A DNA stretch of 63,003 bases, the filler included, from Circinaria calcarea (taxonomy: Eukaryota), in assembly GCA_051942165.1 (NCBI GenBank). It is 29 parts of 29 records of this genome, joined end to end, with 100 filler letters (N's around TTAATTAATTAA, not from the genome) between each part and the next. Parts side by side here need not be neighbours in the genome. Positions count along the whole stretch, not along the records: positions 21,883 to 23,966 come from JAVECS010003905.1; positions 24,067 to 26,148 come from JAVECS010003906.1; positions 26,249 to 28,326 come from JAVECS010003907.1; positions 28,427 to 30,503 come from JAVECS010003908.1; positions 30,604 to 32,678 come from JAVECS010003909.1; positions 32,779 to 34,851 come from JAVECS010003910.1; positions 34,952 to 37,024 come from JAVECS010003911.1; 22 more parts are not named here. One strand, given 5' to 3'. Position numbers and translations under genes: made by a program. Under the pieces are notes generated by a model, which did not search any database, had not been told where the DNA came from, and saw nothing but the letters and a program-made list of their open reading frames with translations. This document shows positions 23,258 to 35,047 of this stretch, in pieces (the first letter of the stretch is position 1; each line of letters starts with the position of its first letter).

Positions 23258-24749
23258 TTAGGCCGGGGCTGGGAAATTGGTGTTGACGGAGGGAGGAGAT
23301 GGAAGGAGGAGTATGGGTGGCAGCAGGATGGGAGAAAGGCGGAGGAGAAAGGGAAGGGAGAAGAGAGAGAAGATGGGAGGGGCATCCAAGCACAGGACAG
23401 AACCTTGGCCATTCTCACCCTAGACAACCTTTTCACTACAAACTTTCTCGCCCTTGAGTTTTGCCAGCACCCCGGGTGCTGGAGAAGAACTTTTAAGCAT
23501 CAGCAGGCGAATCGATCATACTTTGTTTCATTCAATCAAATCAACCAACAAACCCATAGGCATGTCGGAACGAACATATAGTCTGAATCCTTACCTACCC
23601 AACCTCCCCATTCACTGTAAACTCCACAAACAAACCCTCATCCCGTCGCCCTTATCGTATCATATCGTATCGTATCGTACCGTATCGTAACCCAATACCC
23701 TCCCCTTTCCCCTTCCGCTGTCCCAGTCCCCAGTGGGAAAACCTCCCCCAACACTCACTCACCCACTCTCCGTGACGTACGTGTTATTGTGTTAGTTTAA
23801 TATAGCTTCCCCCCGGGCTTTTTAAAACTAAAAAAAATGGGGTTGGTAGTTGGGTTTGGGTTTGGTTTTGGTTTGGGGCTCGGGTTATGGAGGGTATGTG
23901 ATGTTGGATGCTAGGGACAAGTGCTAGGGAAATACTGGGATAGGTGCTGGGCGGGGGGGAGGAGGGNNNNNNNNNNNNNNNNNNNNNNNNNNNNNNNNNN
24001 NNNNNNNNNNTTAATTAATTAANNNNNNNNNNNNNNNNNNNNNNNNNNNNNNNNNNNNNNNNNNNNGAAGAAGGTTCTTCTCCGAAGAAAAAAAGAAAGA
24101 AGAAGGAAGGAAAGGGAGTAACTAGCGGAGCCCCCGGGGAGGGGGGGATGGATTTTCGCCGGCAACAACTTTTTGTCGGGCGTTTTATATACCATATGGC
24201 ATGGATATATATTTTTTTATATTTTAAAAAAAAAAAAACTTGATCCCCGTGGGCGAATTACCATACGGAGTACATAGCGCAGTTCTCTCTCTCTCTCTTT
24301 TGCGGAATTTTTCTCTAATAATAAACCCAAACCCCCCCCCAAGTTTATGGGTAACGTTTTGTGATTTTTTTTTTTTAAAAAAAAAAGAACAGAATAGAAA
24401 CTAGCTGGAGATTTTTGTTTAGAGGGGATAAAAAACCCTAACTAATATCATGAGGTGATTTTTTTTTTTTCGCTTGAAATTTTTTTTTTCACGTATACAG
24501 TTTGTAGATTGTATAGGGGTGAGATGGAGTAATGCACTAGCGATTAAAACACCCCTGCAGACACGTAAGGAAAGCGGGGGTGGCGGATGCTGGCGGATGG
24601 TTGGGGAATAGGAGGAAGGGAAGGATGAAAAATTGAGGATTCATTGGATTTTGGTAGAAAGGATATATATTGAAATTATGCCCCAATTCCCTTTTGATAA
24701 CCCTTAGACGCCCTAACATCCCTCATAGCCCTATTCCTTAACCTCCAAC

Positions 24750-26148
24750 TTAATACTCCATCGCCTCCTCAAACAACCCTCTCAGCTGTTCCCGCTCCTC
24801 GCCAATCTCCTCCGACAGCGTCGGCGCCAGCATCAACACCCGCTTCTGCGGCAGCGTCCCCTCGACCAACTCATCCACATGCTGCCGTCCGAACCCCAAC
24901 GCCTTCAACCCCCTCGGCTGATCGCCCAGCTTGACTAGGAAGTCCGCCAGCGCCTCGCTCAAAACCTCGCCCGCGCTCTCCCGTTTGACGGTACTAATGT
25001 CGACCCCAAAGGCTTCGGCCGCGACAAGATGTCTCTCGGGATTCGAGGCTCCGGTGAACTTGAAGACGCTGGGAGCGGTGACGGCCACGCTGACGCCGTG
25101 CGGGATGATGGGCTTGTCGATGACGTATCCGGCGTGCTTGTAGCCGGGGTTCTGGCCGCTGATGGGATAGCTCATTCCGTGGCAGAGATGCACGCCCGCG
25201 TTACCAAAGCCCACGCCCGCGAGGGTGGCGGCTAATAGCATCTGGCTCTGCGCTTCGTAGTCCTCGGGGTCTTTGACCGCTCGTGGCAGGTACTTGATTG
25301 TGCTGTGGAGAGCTTGCAGGGAGAAGATGTCCGAAACGGGATTGGCGCCTTGATATGCAGGGCGATTGATTGGATTCGTAGGTCGAGGAACCCGTTCGTA
25401 ATAGGGGATCGCCGTCCAGGATTCCAGCGAGTGACAGAGCACATCCAGACCTGAAGAGGCGTGAACGGCTGATGGCATTGTCCGCGTGTTGAGTGGATCT
25501 ACAACGCCAAGGGTAGGCCGGAGCGCTCGATGAGCGATGCCCGTCTTTACTTTCTTGGCAACGAGGTCGAAAATGGCGGAGCCCGTAGTCTCAGATCCCG
25601 TCCCTGCGGTGGTGGGTACGGCAATCAGGGGCTTCAGGGGCTTGGTGATCGGCAGACCTTTCCCGAGCGGAGCGTTGACAAAGTCGAGGAACTCTGCATC
25701 CGGGAAACACGTGTAGAGGTTCATCAGCTTGGCCGTGTCGATGACGCTGCCACCACCCACGGCGAGGAACGCATCAGGCTGATAGGGCTTCGCAAAGTCA
25801 ACCGCCTCGCGTATCCTGTATCACTCTCTGTAAGCATATCCTTCCGCGCGACTTTGCCGTTTCAAGGGAGACTTACGAGCTATCCTTCGGCTCCACCGTC
25901 GTGCCTTGATAGACGGTGAATTCTACCCCTTCTCTTGTCAATCCCTCCACAACTTGCTTCATGGCATCCAATTTGGCCACATTGGCATCCGTCACCACGC
26001 ACACTCGCTTCGCGCCCAAGTTTCTAAAATCCATGCCCACTTCCTTGGTGCACCCGGGCCCGAAGCGGATACTGGCTGCCGACATCTCAAAGGCATACTC
26101 TTTCTGACGCGACGCATCGACGGGAGTCGCCAGGGATCGTTTGGCATG
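24750..26148 (-). CDS. Hydroxyacid-oxoacid transhydrogenase (ADHFE1-type iron-containing ADH), 5' truncated
   Basis: EYAFEMSAASIRFGPG, AVGGGSVIDTAK, PTTAGTGSETT, RPAYQGANP, GNAGVHLCHGMSYPIS and IPHG. One intron near 25817-25876. Confidence 0.92.
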
Positions 26149-26751
26149 NNNNNNNNNNNNNNNNNNNNNNNNNNNNNNNNNNNNNNNNNNNNTTAATTAA
26201 TTAANNNNNNNNNNNNNNNNNNNNNNNNNNNNNNNNNNNNNNNNNNNNGTATTGGGAAGTTTAGAAGAAAGATAGACAAATTTTGACCAAGGTAACCTGG
26301 CCCGAAGTATATAGCGGAAAAACAAATGGTCAAATATTTTTTTTCTTTCTTTCTTTTCTTCTTCTTCTTCTTTTTCTTCTTCTTCTTCCCCGTTTCGATT
26401 CTCCAAGACGGTTCCGTTTTCAAACCTCGATCGAGCTCCAGTAAAGCATGTTCCATCTATTGTCAAAGGAACCAGGAGGAGTAAAAAAAAAGGTTTCCGG
26501 AATGTATGTATGTATGTTTTTCGTATGGAACGGAACGGAACAGAATAGAACTAAAAGTAACGCGATTACTGTACAATTCTGAGATCGATAGATGCCACTT
26601 GCCAACCTCTGGGCAGCAGTAGCAGCAATAGCAGCAGCATTATCACCGTTCCCCAAGAGTCCCTGTGAGAAACACTCATGTAAATCATCCCAAAACCTTG
26701 AAAAGGACGAAAAACAAGAAAAACAAGAAAAACTAGATTCGCAAATGCGCA

Positions 26752-28293
26752 CTATGCCGCAGCTGCATTCCCATCTGCCTCCGCCTGCTCGACCTTGACC
26801 GCATCCTTGGTAGCCAGCACGAGGACCTCAAAGAACATCTTCGTCGCGTCCGCCTTAGTCGTCCGCGCCTCCGGGAGAAGTTCTTGGAAGAGCACGTTTG
26901 CTTTGGATTGTTGGGAGGGAGTGCTTTCGGCCGTAGCCGAGGATGTGGATGCGAAGCGATCGCGCAGGAGATGCACGGCGTGGCGGGTACCGAGAGAGAT
27001 GGGGCCTTGGTCTATAGGGTGGATGAGAGGGACGGTGGTATCTTCAAAGTTGTCGCGGAGGGGGCTTTGAGCCTCTTCGTCGCTGAGCGGTTGGTTTTGT
27101 CGAGTTTCGGGGATGTCTTCGAAATCGGTAGGGGGTGGGAGCCCCTCGTCTGCGGGAAGGTCGATTAATGTGGATGCTTCGCGGCGGAAGTTGTTGTCTA
27201 CCATATCGATGCCCTCATCAGGTACTAAAAGCTCCTCGTCCTCGGGGATTTCGAGTTGTGGCATGTCATTCTGTTGAATGGGCTCCTCTTCTTCCTCAAC
27301 GTCGGCAACGCCACTGTCACGCTTTCTCTTCAACGCTCCGGATTTCCTGACAACTTCGATTGAGAGAATTCCTCTTAGCTCAGGGGCCCAGCCTTTTGTT
27401 CGACCATCACCCATGATATTAGAGACGAACCCGCCATTCTGTTGCATGTTCATTAATGTAAGGAGGACAGGGTCGCGAGGTAGGAATGAGATGGGTTTTA
27501 GAATCGCAGAGCGGTCTGCCTGCTGCTTTTTGATTTGGTTGCTATGTAGGGTTGTCTCCAAGTCCAATGGTAGGAGCTTTCGCTTTTTCGATGCGGGCTG
27601 GCGAGCTTGATGGACCGATGGCTCTTCGGAATGAATAGTCTCGTCGAATTCCCTGACAACACTAGATCGGACAGATGATAGCGGCGATTGGGAGTCACGC
27701 TGCAGTCTAGGGTCTGCAGGCGCGATGGACGGAATAGTAGTATCGTTTACGTCAAATGCAAAGTTATCTGGGTTCTCAATATCCATTGGATCCTCGTTTC
27801 CACTAGCTAAGCCCTCGTTCTGATGGATAGTGGGAGCTTCGGTACTGTAGCGTGTCCGAGGCAATGGTCCGTTGTCCCCAAAGTCCAAGTCAAGATCATT
27901 CTCGCCTTGAAACTTGTCGTCATCACCTATCAAATCGTCTGCAACCGACCGCGCAGGTGGCGCATCCCTTCCCTTCTCTATACTCGGACCATCGGTAAAG
28001 TCTATGTCAAGACCAAGATCATCGTCGTATAGCATAGGTTGGTCTTCCTCCCCGCCACGACCTCTCTCGATACTGATAGGGTCCGAGAAAACCTGGCTGG
28101 TCCAATTCAAGGGGTCATTATCATTGTCTTGCAAACCAAAGTCGAGGTCCCTCGGTTGCATATTGAAAATAGATTCGTCAAGCATAGGCGGTATGTCGAT
28201 ATCGGTGATTGTTTCGGGAAGATTGAGACTCGGATTTGGAACAGCGGAGTTGGCGGGCATATCAAAATTTCCAGGATTTCCAGGACGAAACGC
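26752..28293 (-). CDS. RAD21: Cohesin kleisin Rad21/Scc1/Mcd1, central and C-terminal exon
   Basis: Exon starts AFRPG after a TAG acceptor. Contains SIERGR/SIEKGR separase-type motifs, FLPRDPVLLTL, GWAPELRGILS and TKADATKMFFEVLVLATKDAVKVEQ. Confidence 0.9.
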   Translation of the reverse strand, partial: AFRPGNPGNFDMPANSAVPNPSLNLPETITDIDIPPMLDESIFNMQPRDLDFGLQDNDNDPLNWTSQVFSDPISIERGRGGEEDQPMLYDDDLGLDIDFTDGPSIEKGRDAPPARSVADDLIGDDDKFQGENDLDLDFGDNGPLPRTRYSTEAPTIHQNEGLASGNEDPMDIENPDNFAFDVNDTTIPSIAPADPRLQRDSQSPLSSVRSSVVREFDETIHSEEPSVHQARQPASKKRKLLPLDLETTLHSNQIKKQQADRSAILKPISFLPRDPVLLTLMNMQQNGGFVSNIMGDGRTKGWAPELRGILSIEVVRKSGALKRKRDSGVADVEEEEEPIQQNDMPQLEIPEDEELLVPDEGIDMVDNNFRREASTLIDLPADEGLPPPTDFEDIPETRQNQPLSDEEAQSPLRDNFEDTTVPLIHPIDQGPISLGTRHAVHLLRDRFASTSSATAESTPSQQSKANVLFQELLPEARTTKADATKMFFEVLVLATKDAVKVEQAEADGNAAAA

Positions 28294-28426
28294 CTATTGC
28301 ATTTTAGAAAACAATGCTATGACCTTNNNNNNNNNNNNNNNNNNNNNNNNNNNNNNNNNNNNNNNNNNNNTTAATTAATTAANNNNNNNNNNNNNNNNNN
28401 NNNNNNNNNNNNNNNNNNNNNNNNNN

Positions 28427-28650
28427 ATGCACCGGAGAAAGAGGTAGAGCCGGTTGATGGTGGGAAAGGGGAGGGCGTGGTTGTCAAAGAGCTCGAGGGA
28501 TTCGTGGCGGAGAGTGCGGCAGGTTTGGGTTATGGGGAGGGTGAGGTGGAGAGTGGAGAAGGTGCTGGCGGAGATGCAGGCGCGGATGATTTCGAGGCGG
28601 ATTTCGGGGGGAAGGGAGAGGAAGGGAGTTGGAAGGCGAGACGCCGTCAT
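28427..28650 (-). CDS. F-box-like protein, N-terminus
   Basis: PFLSLPPEIRLEII...LPITQTCRTLRHESLELF, typical of fungal F-box-like proteins. Confidence 0.65.
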
Positions 28651-30193
28651 AATTGACCTTTTCGCTTCGAAAGGGGATTGAGAGGGTGTGGTTTTCTTGC
28701 AGTATGGACTGGTGATTGATAGCACCAAAAAAGTAGTGGAAAATTAGAAATCTAGGAGAGGATAGAGACTCCGAGAAGGATGGGAGGGAAGATGGAGGAT
28801 TCTTCTGCAAGAAAACGAACCGGCCAGTTCATCAAACTATTATTCGGGGTAGTCACCTTTGTCTTCTCGATTTGGAGCTGAATGCATAGGTTTCCAATAA
28901 CCCCGGCCCAGTACGGTAAAGCTTTTGCTTTTGCCGTTGAGTTTCAAGACCCGGTCAAGTAGTTGTGAAACTGACAGACAATGAAGTTAGGCCTCCACTG
29001 CGGCGCTTAGACGCGCAGATTGGGAGGATGGTAGGACAAGATCTTAGTGCGGCTTTGGTGCGCAGTTGTTGGAATATTCTGCACCAACACGACATTTAAA
29101 TGCTCAGCCTCAATCCTGGTGGGGGGGATTGGATGAAGATAACGTGAGAGCTTAGGCAGGCACGGAAATTACACTGCCCCCAGCCAATCACGAGCTTGTG
29201 TGTAGGGGCTTCCCCGCATAGCGACAACGTGGCGCGGTACGACATATTATTGTTAGCTTCGCATATCTCTTGGCACTGCTGTTTTACGTTTACACCCTAC
29301 GAGATGCTCCACATTAGGTTGCAAAGGGGGTCAAGTCATTATCAAGCTACTTGTAAAAGTGCAAGAGACTAGAGCCCCTCGAAGCTCTTTAGCACTACTA
29401 ATCAATGTACCTGACACCGTAACTGTACATCGGAGCGATGCTATGCCAGTCAACTTTTTTCGGATCAACACGGGGGCGCAGATCTCCAAGTCGGCATGGT
29501 AGGCCTACCGGCGATATCAGGCTTAAAGCGTTGATTGCACGCCTCCCAAGCATATGTGCTAGTGGCAGGCTAGAGCTAGGCCCGTGTGAGAATCTGTTTC
29601 AACCACTTGGGCTTCTATGCTTCCAACTCTCCTGTAGAGTTCGCCTTGCCGCTGGCTACATTCTGGACAGGATGATTCAGACACCACCAACCAACAATCC
29701 AGCCAACTTCATGAACAGGCGAGAGCATCTTGTCGGTTTACCAGCTCCATACCGTAGGCTTGACCGTAGTCTTCTCCCAAGAAGATAGCCAACCTCTGTG
29801 CCAAGTGTGAAGGAACTCTGTTGAAGAGCAGCCAATGCTGACAGTGTTGGCCTGGTGTTATCGTCCAGGTTCATGACAGGGGAAGGCCATATTGAATACT
29901 GCTTAGAAATGGCCGCAGCGGTGCCCTGGCCGGGATACCATGCCATGCCACATGGATGATCTCGCTGTTGGTCGTGATCTTGCGGATAACAGCTACTCGA
30001 GATAGCATGGGAAAGAGCTCTCTCGTAAGTATAAATGACCTGGCATATCCACCTACTAAAGAACAGATTCCTCATACACATTCCTCATACAGATTCCTCA
30101 GCATACGACAGCCAATCGACAAACCCAATAATTACTCGCTCATCAAAGAAATTCGAAACTCAAACACCTATTCAATTGAACTCAATCTTCAAG

Positions 30194-30503
30194 ATGCTTT
30201 CCAAAACCATCATCCTTTCGCTCTTTTGTGCCATCACAGCATCAGGATATGGTAAGCCCCCTTTCTCAACCCTGCTTCTCTGCTTTGCTCATCATCCCAA
30301 CCATGCCACATGAATATCAGGCTGACTTATTTGAACTTTAGCATTCCCAGCTGGCCCTGGAAATGCCCTGTTTAGCCTTCAGGCCCGAGATGCTGAGCCT
30401 TTTGCTGGGCCCGCAGGTCCCGCTGACAATACACGTAACCACAATACCGCTGAACAACAACGGATCCGAGCACAAGAAGCCGAGCGTAAGAGGCAAAAGG
30501 AAG
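30194..30503 (+). CDS. Small secreted prepro-protein, 3' truncated
   Basis: Signal peptide MLSKTIILSLFCAITASGYA, intron 30252-30341 (GTAAGC...GCTGAC...TAG), then FPAGPGNALFSLQARDAEPFAGPAGP... Confidence 0.7.
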
Positions 30504-30603
30504 NNNNNNNNNNNNNNNNNNNNNNNNNNNNNNNNNNNNNNNNNNNNTTAATTAATTAANNNNNNNNNNNNNNNNNNNNNNNNNNNNNNNNNNNNNNNNN
30601 NNN

Positions 30604-31532
30604 TCCGAGGCCAGCGGTTGCAGAATGGAATTGACGAAGCTCTAGGACAGCATTTTGCTTGGCTTGGGTCTCTTTCTGGAATCGTTTTCGCAAGCGATGG
30701 ATGAGGAACAATGCGCCAATTAGGGCTAGGCCCAAAGGGACTCCCATTCCCGCAGTAACAGCAATGACTAACGTGTCGTTATGGGCTTGAGTAGCTGGCA
30801 TGGCCGTGCTAGTGTTCAAAAAGGTTACTGTGGTGGATTTCTCAGAGGGGACTGTAATTGTCGTGTACGCCGTAACTGTTGTGTATGCCGTGACTGTTGT
30901 GTATGCCGTGACTGTTGTATATGCCGTGACTGTTTTGAATGCCGTGATTATTGTGTACGCCGTGACTTCTGCAGATGATGTAACTGTTACGGTCGAGGTG
31001 TTTCGGAAATCGGCCAATAATCCCAACTGCAATGGGAACGTTTCAGACGTGTCGTTACAGAGCTTATAGTCGAGTCCGCAGTAGAATCGACCAGAATTAT
31101 AAGCAGTAGGGCATTGTTTGACGTCTGACCAAGTAGGATCTGGGGTTCTGTCAGCCACGGGTTCCCGCACTGGAGTTCGAAAGAGATCTAATCACAATCC
31201 TTGCAGAAATTGCTCCCGCACCCCAAAGATTGCCAGGTAGGGTCTGTACAGGACTGAGAAAGTTTATTAGCGATTGAACTTATGCTTTGGTTAAATCTTA
31301 CCCCCGTCTGCAACGCGTTTATATCAGGGGTATAACACAATTTATTCGAAAGACATATGGCTGTGGTATCGCAGCATATGCTTACTGCCGCATTCGGATC
31401 GCATGGTGCGTGATGAGGTTCTAATTCCCCATTAGAGTAAAAGCATTGCTTGATAGCAAGTGCCGAAAAAGCTGAGTTGAAAAGAAACAAAACTGAAAGG
31501 AGACCTTGAGGGACCCTAGGAAATAACTGCAT
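30604..31532 (-). CDS. Type I membrane protein with Cys-rich ectodomain and Thr-rich TAYTTV repeats, 3' truncated
   Basis: Signal peptide, CFYSNG..PC...SICC....CLSNKLC...SCTDPTW motif, two introns, 18-bp tandem repeats at about 30860-30965, and TM helix LVIAVTAGMGVPLGLALIGALFLI. Confidence 0.78.
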
Positions 31533-32445
31533 TTGGACAAGTATAAAGATGATCCCCGTAGCTTTATTCCGAAGAAGACCGGTCTTTAGAACGCTAAACT
31601 GATGCTGTACAATGCTTTGACAAAGAGACTTGGGAGGTGGATCATTAAGGAGAACGGAGAAGATTAAGATTGAGATAGCCCAAAGGGGCTGCTGCATCCG
31701 AGATGCAGACGCCATATAGATCAAGGCTGTAACTGTAGCTGCATAACTCAGCAGAAGTACATTGTTATACGTGGTGAAAGCGCCATTGGCGACATAGTAA
31801 TCCTCAGATCAAGTCAAGTTGAGCTGGTTGGTTCTCCCAGTGGTACGTATCGTGTTCCGGAAAGCGCCGAGGAAGTCAGCCTTAGGAAGAACGTTGCCCC
31901 GTTACCCGCTCGTATCACATGAGATATCCGAAACAGATGCCATGGATGTTTGTAACGGCATTGATCAAGATACCACTGCTGTACGTTCACGGCACCGCCT
32001 TTTCAAGGACTCTATTGATTATATCAATGGACTTGCTTGGATCGGAACTGCGAGCATGCAGCGAAGAGGGTACTCGTTTGAAATAGGTAGTCCTGGCATG
32101 TCTTGGGGACTTCGATTGGCTGTATCTTTTCACCAAATGAAAAGGAACAGGCGAGCAAGCATGACCTCGTACAGGATGTATACTCATGTGGCAAGAACAT
32201 GTCATGTGGATTCCTGGGGTTTGACCTACCGTTTGTATCTACTAGTCAAGTTTCATGCCTCGCAGACTGTTTTTTAGAAGTGTGATTAAAGTCCATGTAC
32301 AAGCTAACAAGTAAAGAAAGGCCACGCTGAGTTTCAAAACACTAATCACTGCTAACCAAACTAGCCTGCTTCATCGACGCCTATCCAAAGCTCACTATAC
32401 CAAGAAACCAAAAAACGAAAGAACCCAAAAACCCTCAAAGAACTC

Positions 32446-32678
32446 CTAATCGTCAAAAACTGGCAGATAAGGTAACCATCTCAATCCCCCATCACTGGGG
32501 GCCTTCGAATCCGTTCTCCCTTCGTACCTCCCGCCTGGACACATCTTCATGAACTCCTTCATCCCATCTAGCACCTCCTGGTTCGACTCGGCCTCATCCA
32601 TGTCCCCAATTCTCCAGGCCTCCCCGATGGCCTTTGCCTCGTTCAATGATTCCTCATTCATATATTCGCCTTCATCAT
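32446..32678 (-). CDS. C-terminus of an unidentified protein
   Basis: Open frame from the contig end to TAG, with natural composition (...CPGGRYEGRTDSKAPSDGGLRWLPYLPVFDD*). Confidence 0.55.
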
Positions 32679-33104
32679 NNNNNNNNNNNNNNNNNNNNNN
32701 NNNNNNNNNNNNNNNNNNNNNNTTAATTAATTAANNNNNNNNNNNNNNNNNNNNNNNNNNNNNNNNNNNNNNNNNNNNTTCGACGGCTCCCATCTTATTA
32801 TTTATATTCTACCTCCATGACTGTGGAGGCTGAAGTGGCAAACTGATCTTGTTCATTCCCGGTCTAGAGCCAACAGTACCGCGTCCAGAAAAAGATGATC
32901 GAGTCAGCAATCCCGAAATTGCTCATTCCTTCAGCTTTAATAAGACGGTAAAGGAAATTTGTCGGCAGCTGTGGAAGGTCAGGAGCCTCGCCTTAGGGCT
33001 TACAGGGAGTCTCTAGCGCAACGGCTCGTCAGTGGCTTACCCCTGAGCTAGCGGCTCGGAAGCAGCACCACACTAACCCAAATGACAGTTAAACTCCCAC
33101 AGTA

Positions 33105-34429
33105 CTCGTCCGCAGGGGTAATTATTGCTAGAACGGCGCTAGTAGATCATTACTTTATACGGCTAAATTTCCATAGTGTGTGGTAAATATGATGATATTG
33201 TATGTAATATTTAAAACTTTATATACATGCCATTAGCATCAATTACTGCTTAACAGCGAACTCGCATTAATTTAATCAAGTCACGTAATTGTTCTTCCGT
33301 GACAGCATCCCATGCTTCCCTCACTGCTTTTCGTAGTGTATCATAGGAGAGCTTGTCTTCATCGCCGTAATACTCTTAAATCCAATCCTTCATAATATTC
33401 CATACAGTCTCAATAGGATTCAAATCAGGTGAATAAGGCGGCCATTCAATTACCTTAATACCACGCTCTTTCATCTCTTGTATTATCTGTTTCGCAGCGT
33501 GCCCGGGAGCATTATCTTGCATAAACAAAAACTCCGGATGTAGGCGTGTCCACCCATATATAAGAGGCACGATTCGTTCGCAGTAGCTGTTTAGATTGAT
33601 AGTGCCCCAGTCTTTCTCCCCAAACAGACATGGCCCCTTTATAGTACCATTGAAACAGGCCCAAAACATCCATCCACCTTTACCCGGAACATCGTAAACA
33701 ACGCATATTGGGTCGTATTCTTCACCCGGACGTCTCGTGACCCATTCATGCTCACGGTGGCTTCCATTGACCCATGTTTCATCACTCCACAGTATAGTTT
33801 CCCATTATTCGTCGATCCAATCAAGATATTCTCTAGCCCACGCTAGTCGTAGCAGTCGATTTTTCTCAAAGAAAAGAGGTTTTCTTCGTGCAATTCGACG
33901 TGAAAAGCCTGCTCTTTTCAATGCTCGACGAATAGCATCTGAAGATACATCCCAGCCAAGTTCTAAAGGGATTTTCCAGAAGGGCATTCGACGGTTTCTC
34001 TTTGATGCACACACAAATTCAATAAGAATCTGAAGGGAAGTGTCGTCAATGATTGATTTTCGACCACGTTTATGCTTTTGCGGGGTAGGACGATCTGTAA
34101 CTGCATATTGAACTTATCGAATAGTAACACCAAGGTTCTGGGCAATAGCTGGGTATGTCCAACCTACGTCGTGTAAAGTCTGAGCTTTAAGGCGTAGATC
34201 ACGATTCAGGTCTTTCTGTTTGTGAGGCGTATGCGGAGGCAGAGGCGGAGGCGGAGGCGGAGGTGGAGGCAGAGGTGGAGGCTCCATTACTAGAAGAATA
34301 ATAGTGAGCAGAAGAAATTGAACACGCAGAATGATTAGGTGCGTAAATAAACAAAAAGGCTAATGCTATGAAAAAAATTTCAGCAGGGGGTTTAGCGCCG
34401 TTCTAGCAATAATTACCCCTGCGGACGAG
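33105..34429 (-). mobile_element. Full-length Tc1/mariner (DD34E, Impala-like) DNA transposon, 1325 bp
   Basis: Perfect 37-bp TIRs (CTCGTCCGCAGGGGTAATTATTGCTAGAACGGCGCTA) flanked by TA at 33103-33104 and 34430-34431. Confidence 0.96.
33211..34287 (-). pseudogene. Tc1 transposase pseudogene (359 codons, 4 in-frame TAA stops)
   Basis: One frame throughout, with WSDETW, FMQDNAPGH and WPPYSPDLNPIE (34 residues between D and E). Stops at 34114, 33805, 33376 and 33250. Confidence 0.94.
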
Positions 34430-34959
34430 TAGAGTGATCCACCCACATTCAGCTTCAGGTATATTCTCTCCAAGACATTGTTCCTCGGAGGTGGCATCTA
34501 CAGTACTCTGTGAGCTGTTCCCTCCCTCAAAGCCGGCTTTGCTGTCAATACCCCAATTGATATCGCTGCTTTATCCTCTCAGACAGACCTAGACAGACGA
34601 CGTAGGTACATACCGCCAGGACAAAAGCTTCCATCACAGTAGAAATAACCCCCAGAGAATTAAAAACAGCCACTTTTCGTACTCAGCCCACTCTCCACTC
34701 CACCAAGACTACATTACTTGTACTTGACATCAGAAGGATGTGGTAGGTAGGGCTGTCCAAGACCCTGCATCAAACAATAAAGCTAAGTATCCCGAACTGA
34801 GCCGTGCGTTCCTTGGATCCAAGACCAGAAGCTAGGGTAGCACGGTTCGTTNNNNNNNNNNNNNNNNNNNNNNNNNNNNNNNNNNNNNNNNNNNNTTAAT
34901 TAATTAANNNNNNNNNNNNNNNNNNNNNNNNNNNNNNNNNNNNNNNNNNNNCCCCCCCT

Positions 34960-34964
<5 letters not shown>

Positions 34965-35046
<82 letters not shown>
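34965..35046. repeat. (CT)n microsatellite, about 41 units
   Basis: Read directly. Smaller microsatellites: (GGAGT)n near 2396, (AAT)n near 5273, (GA)n near 12550, (GCTAATG)n near 35322, (GT)n near 35648. Confidence 0.97.
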
Positions 35047-35047
<1 letters not shown>

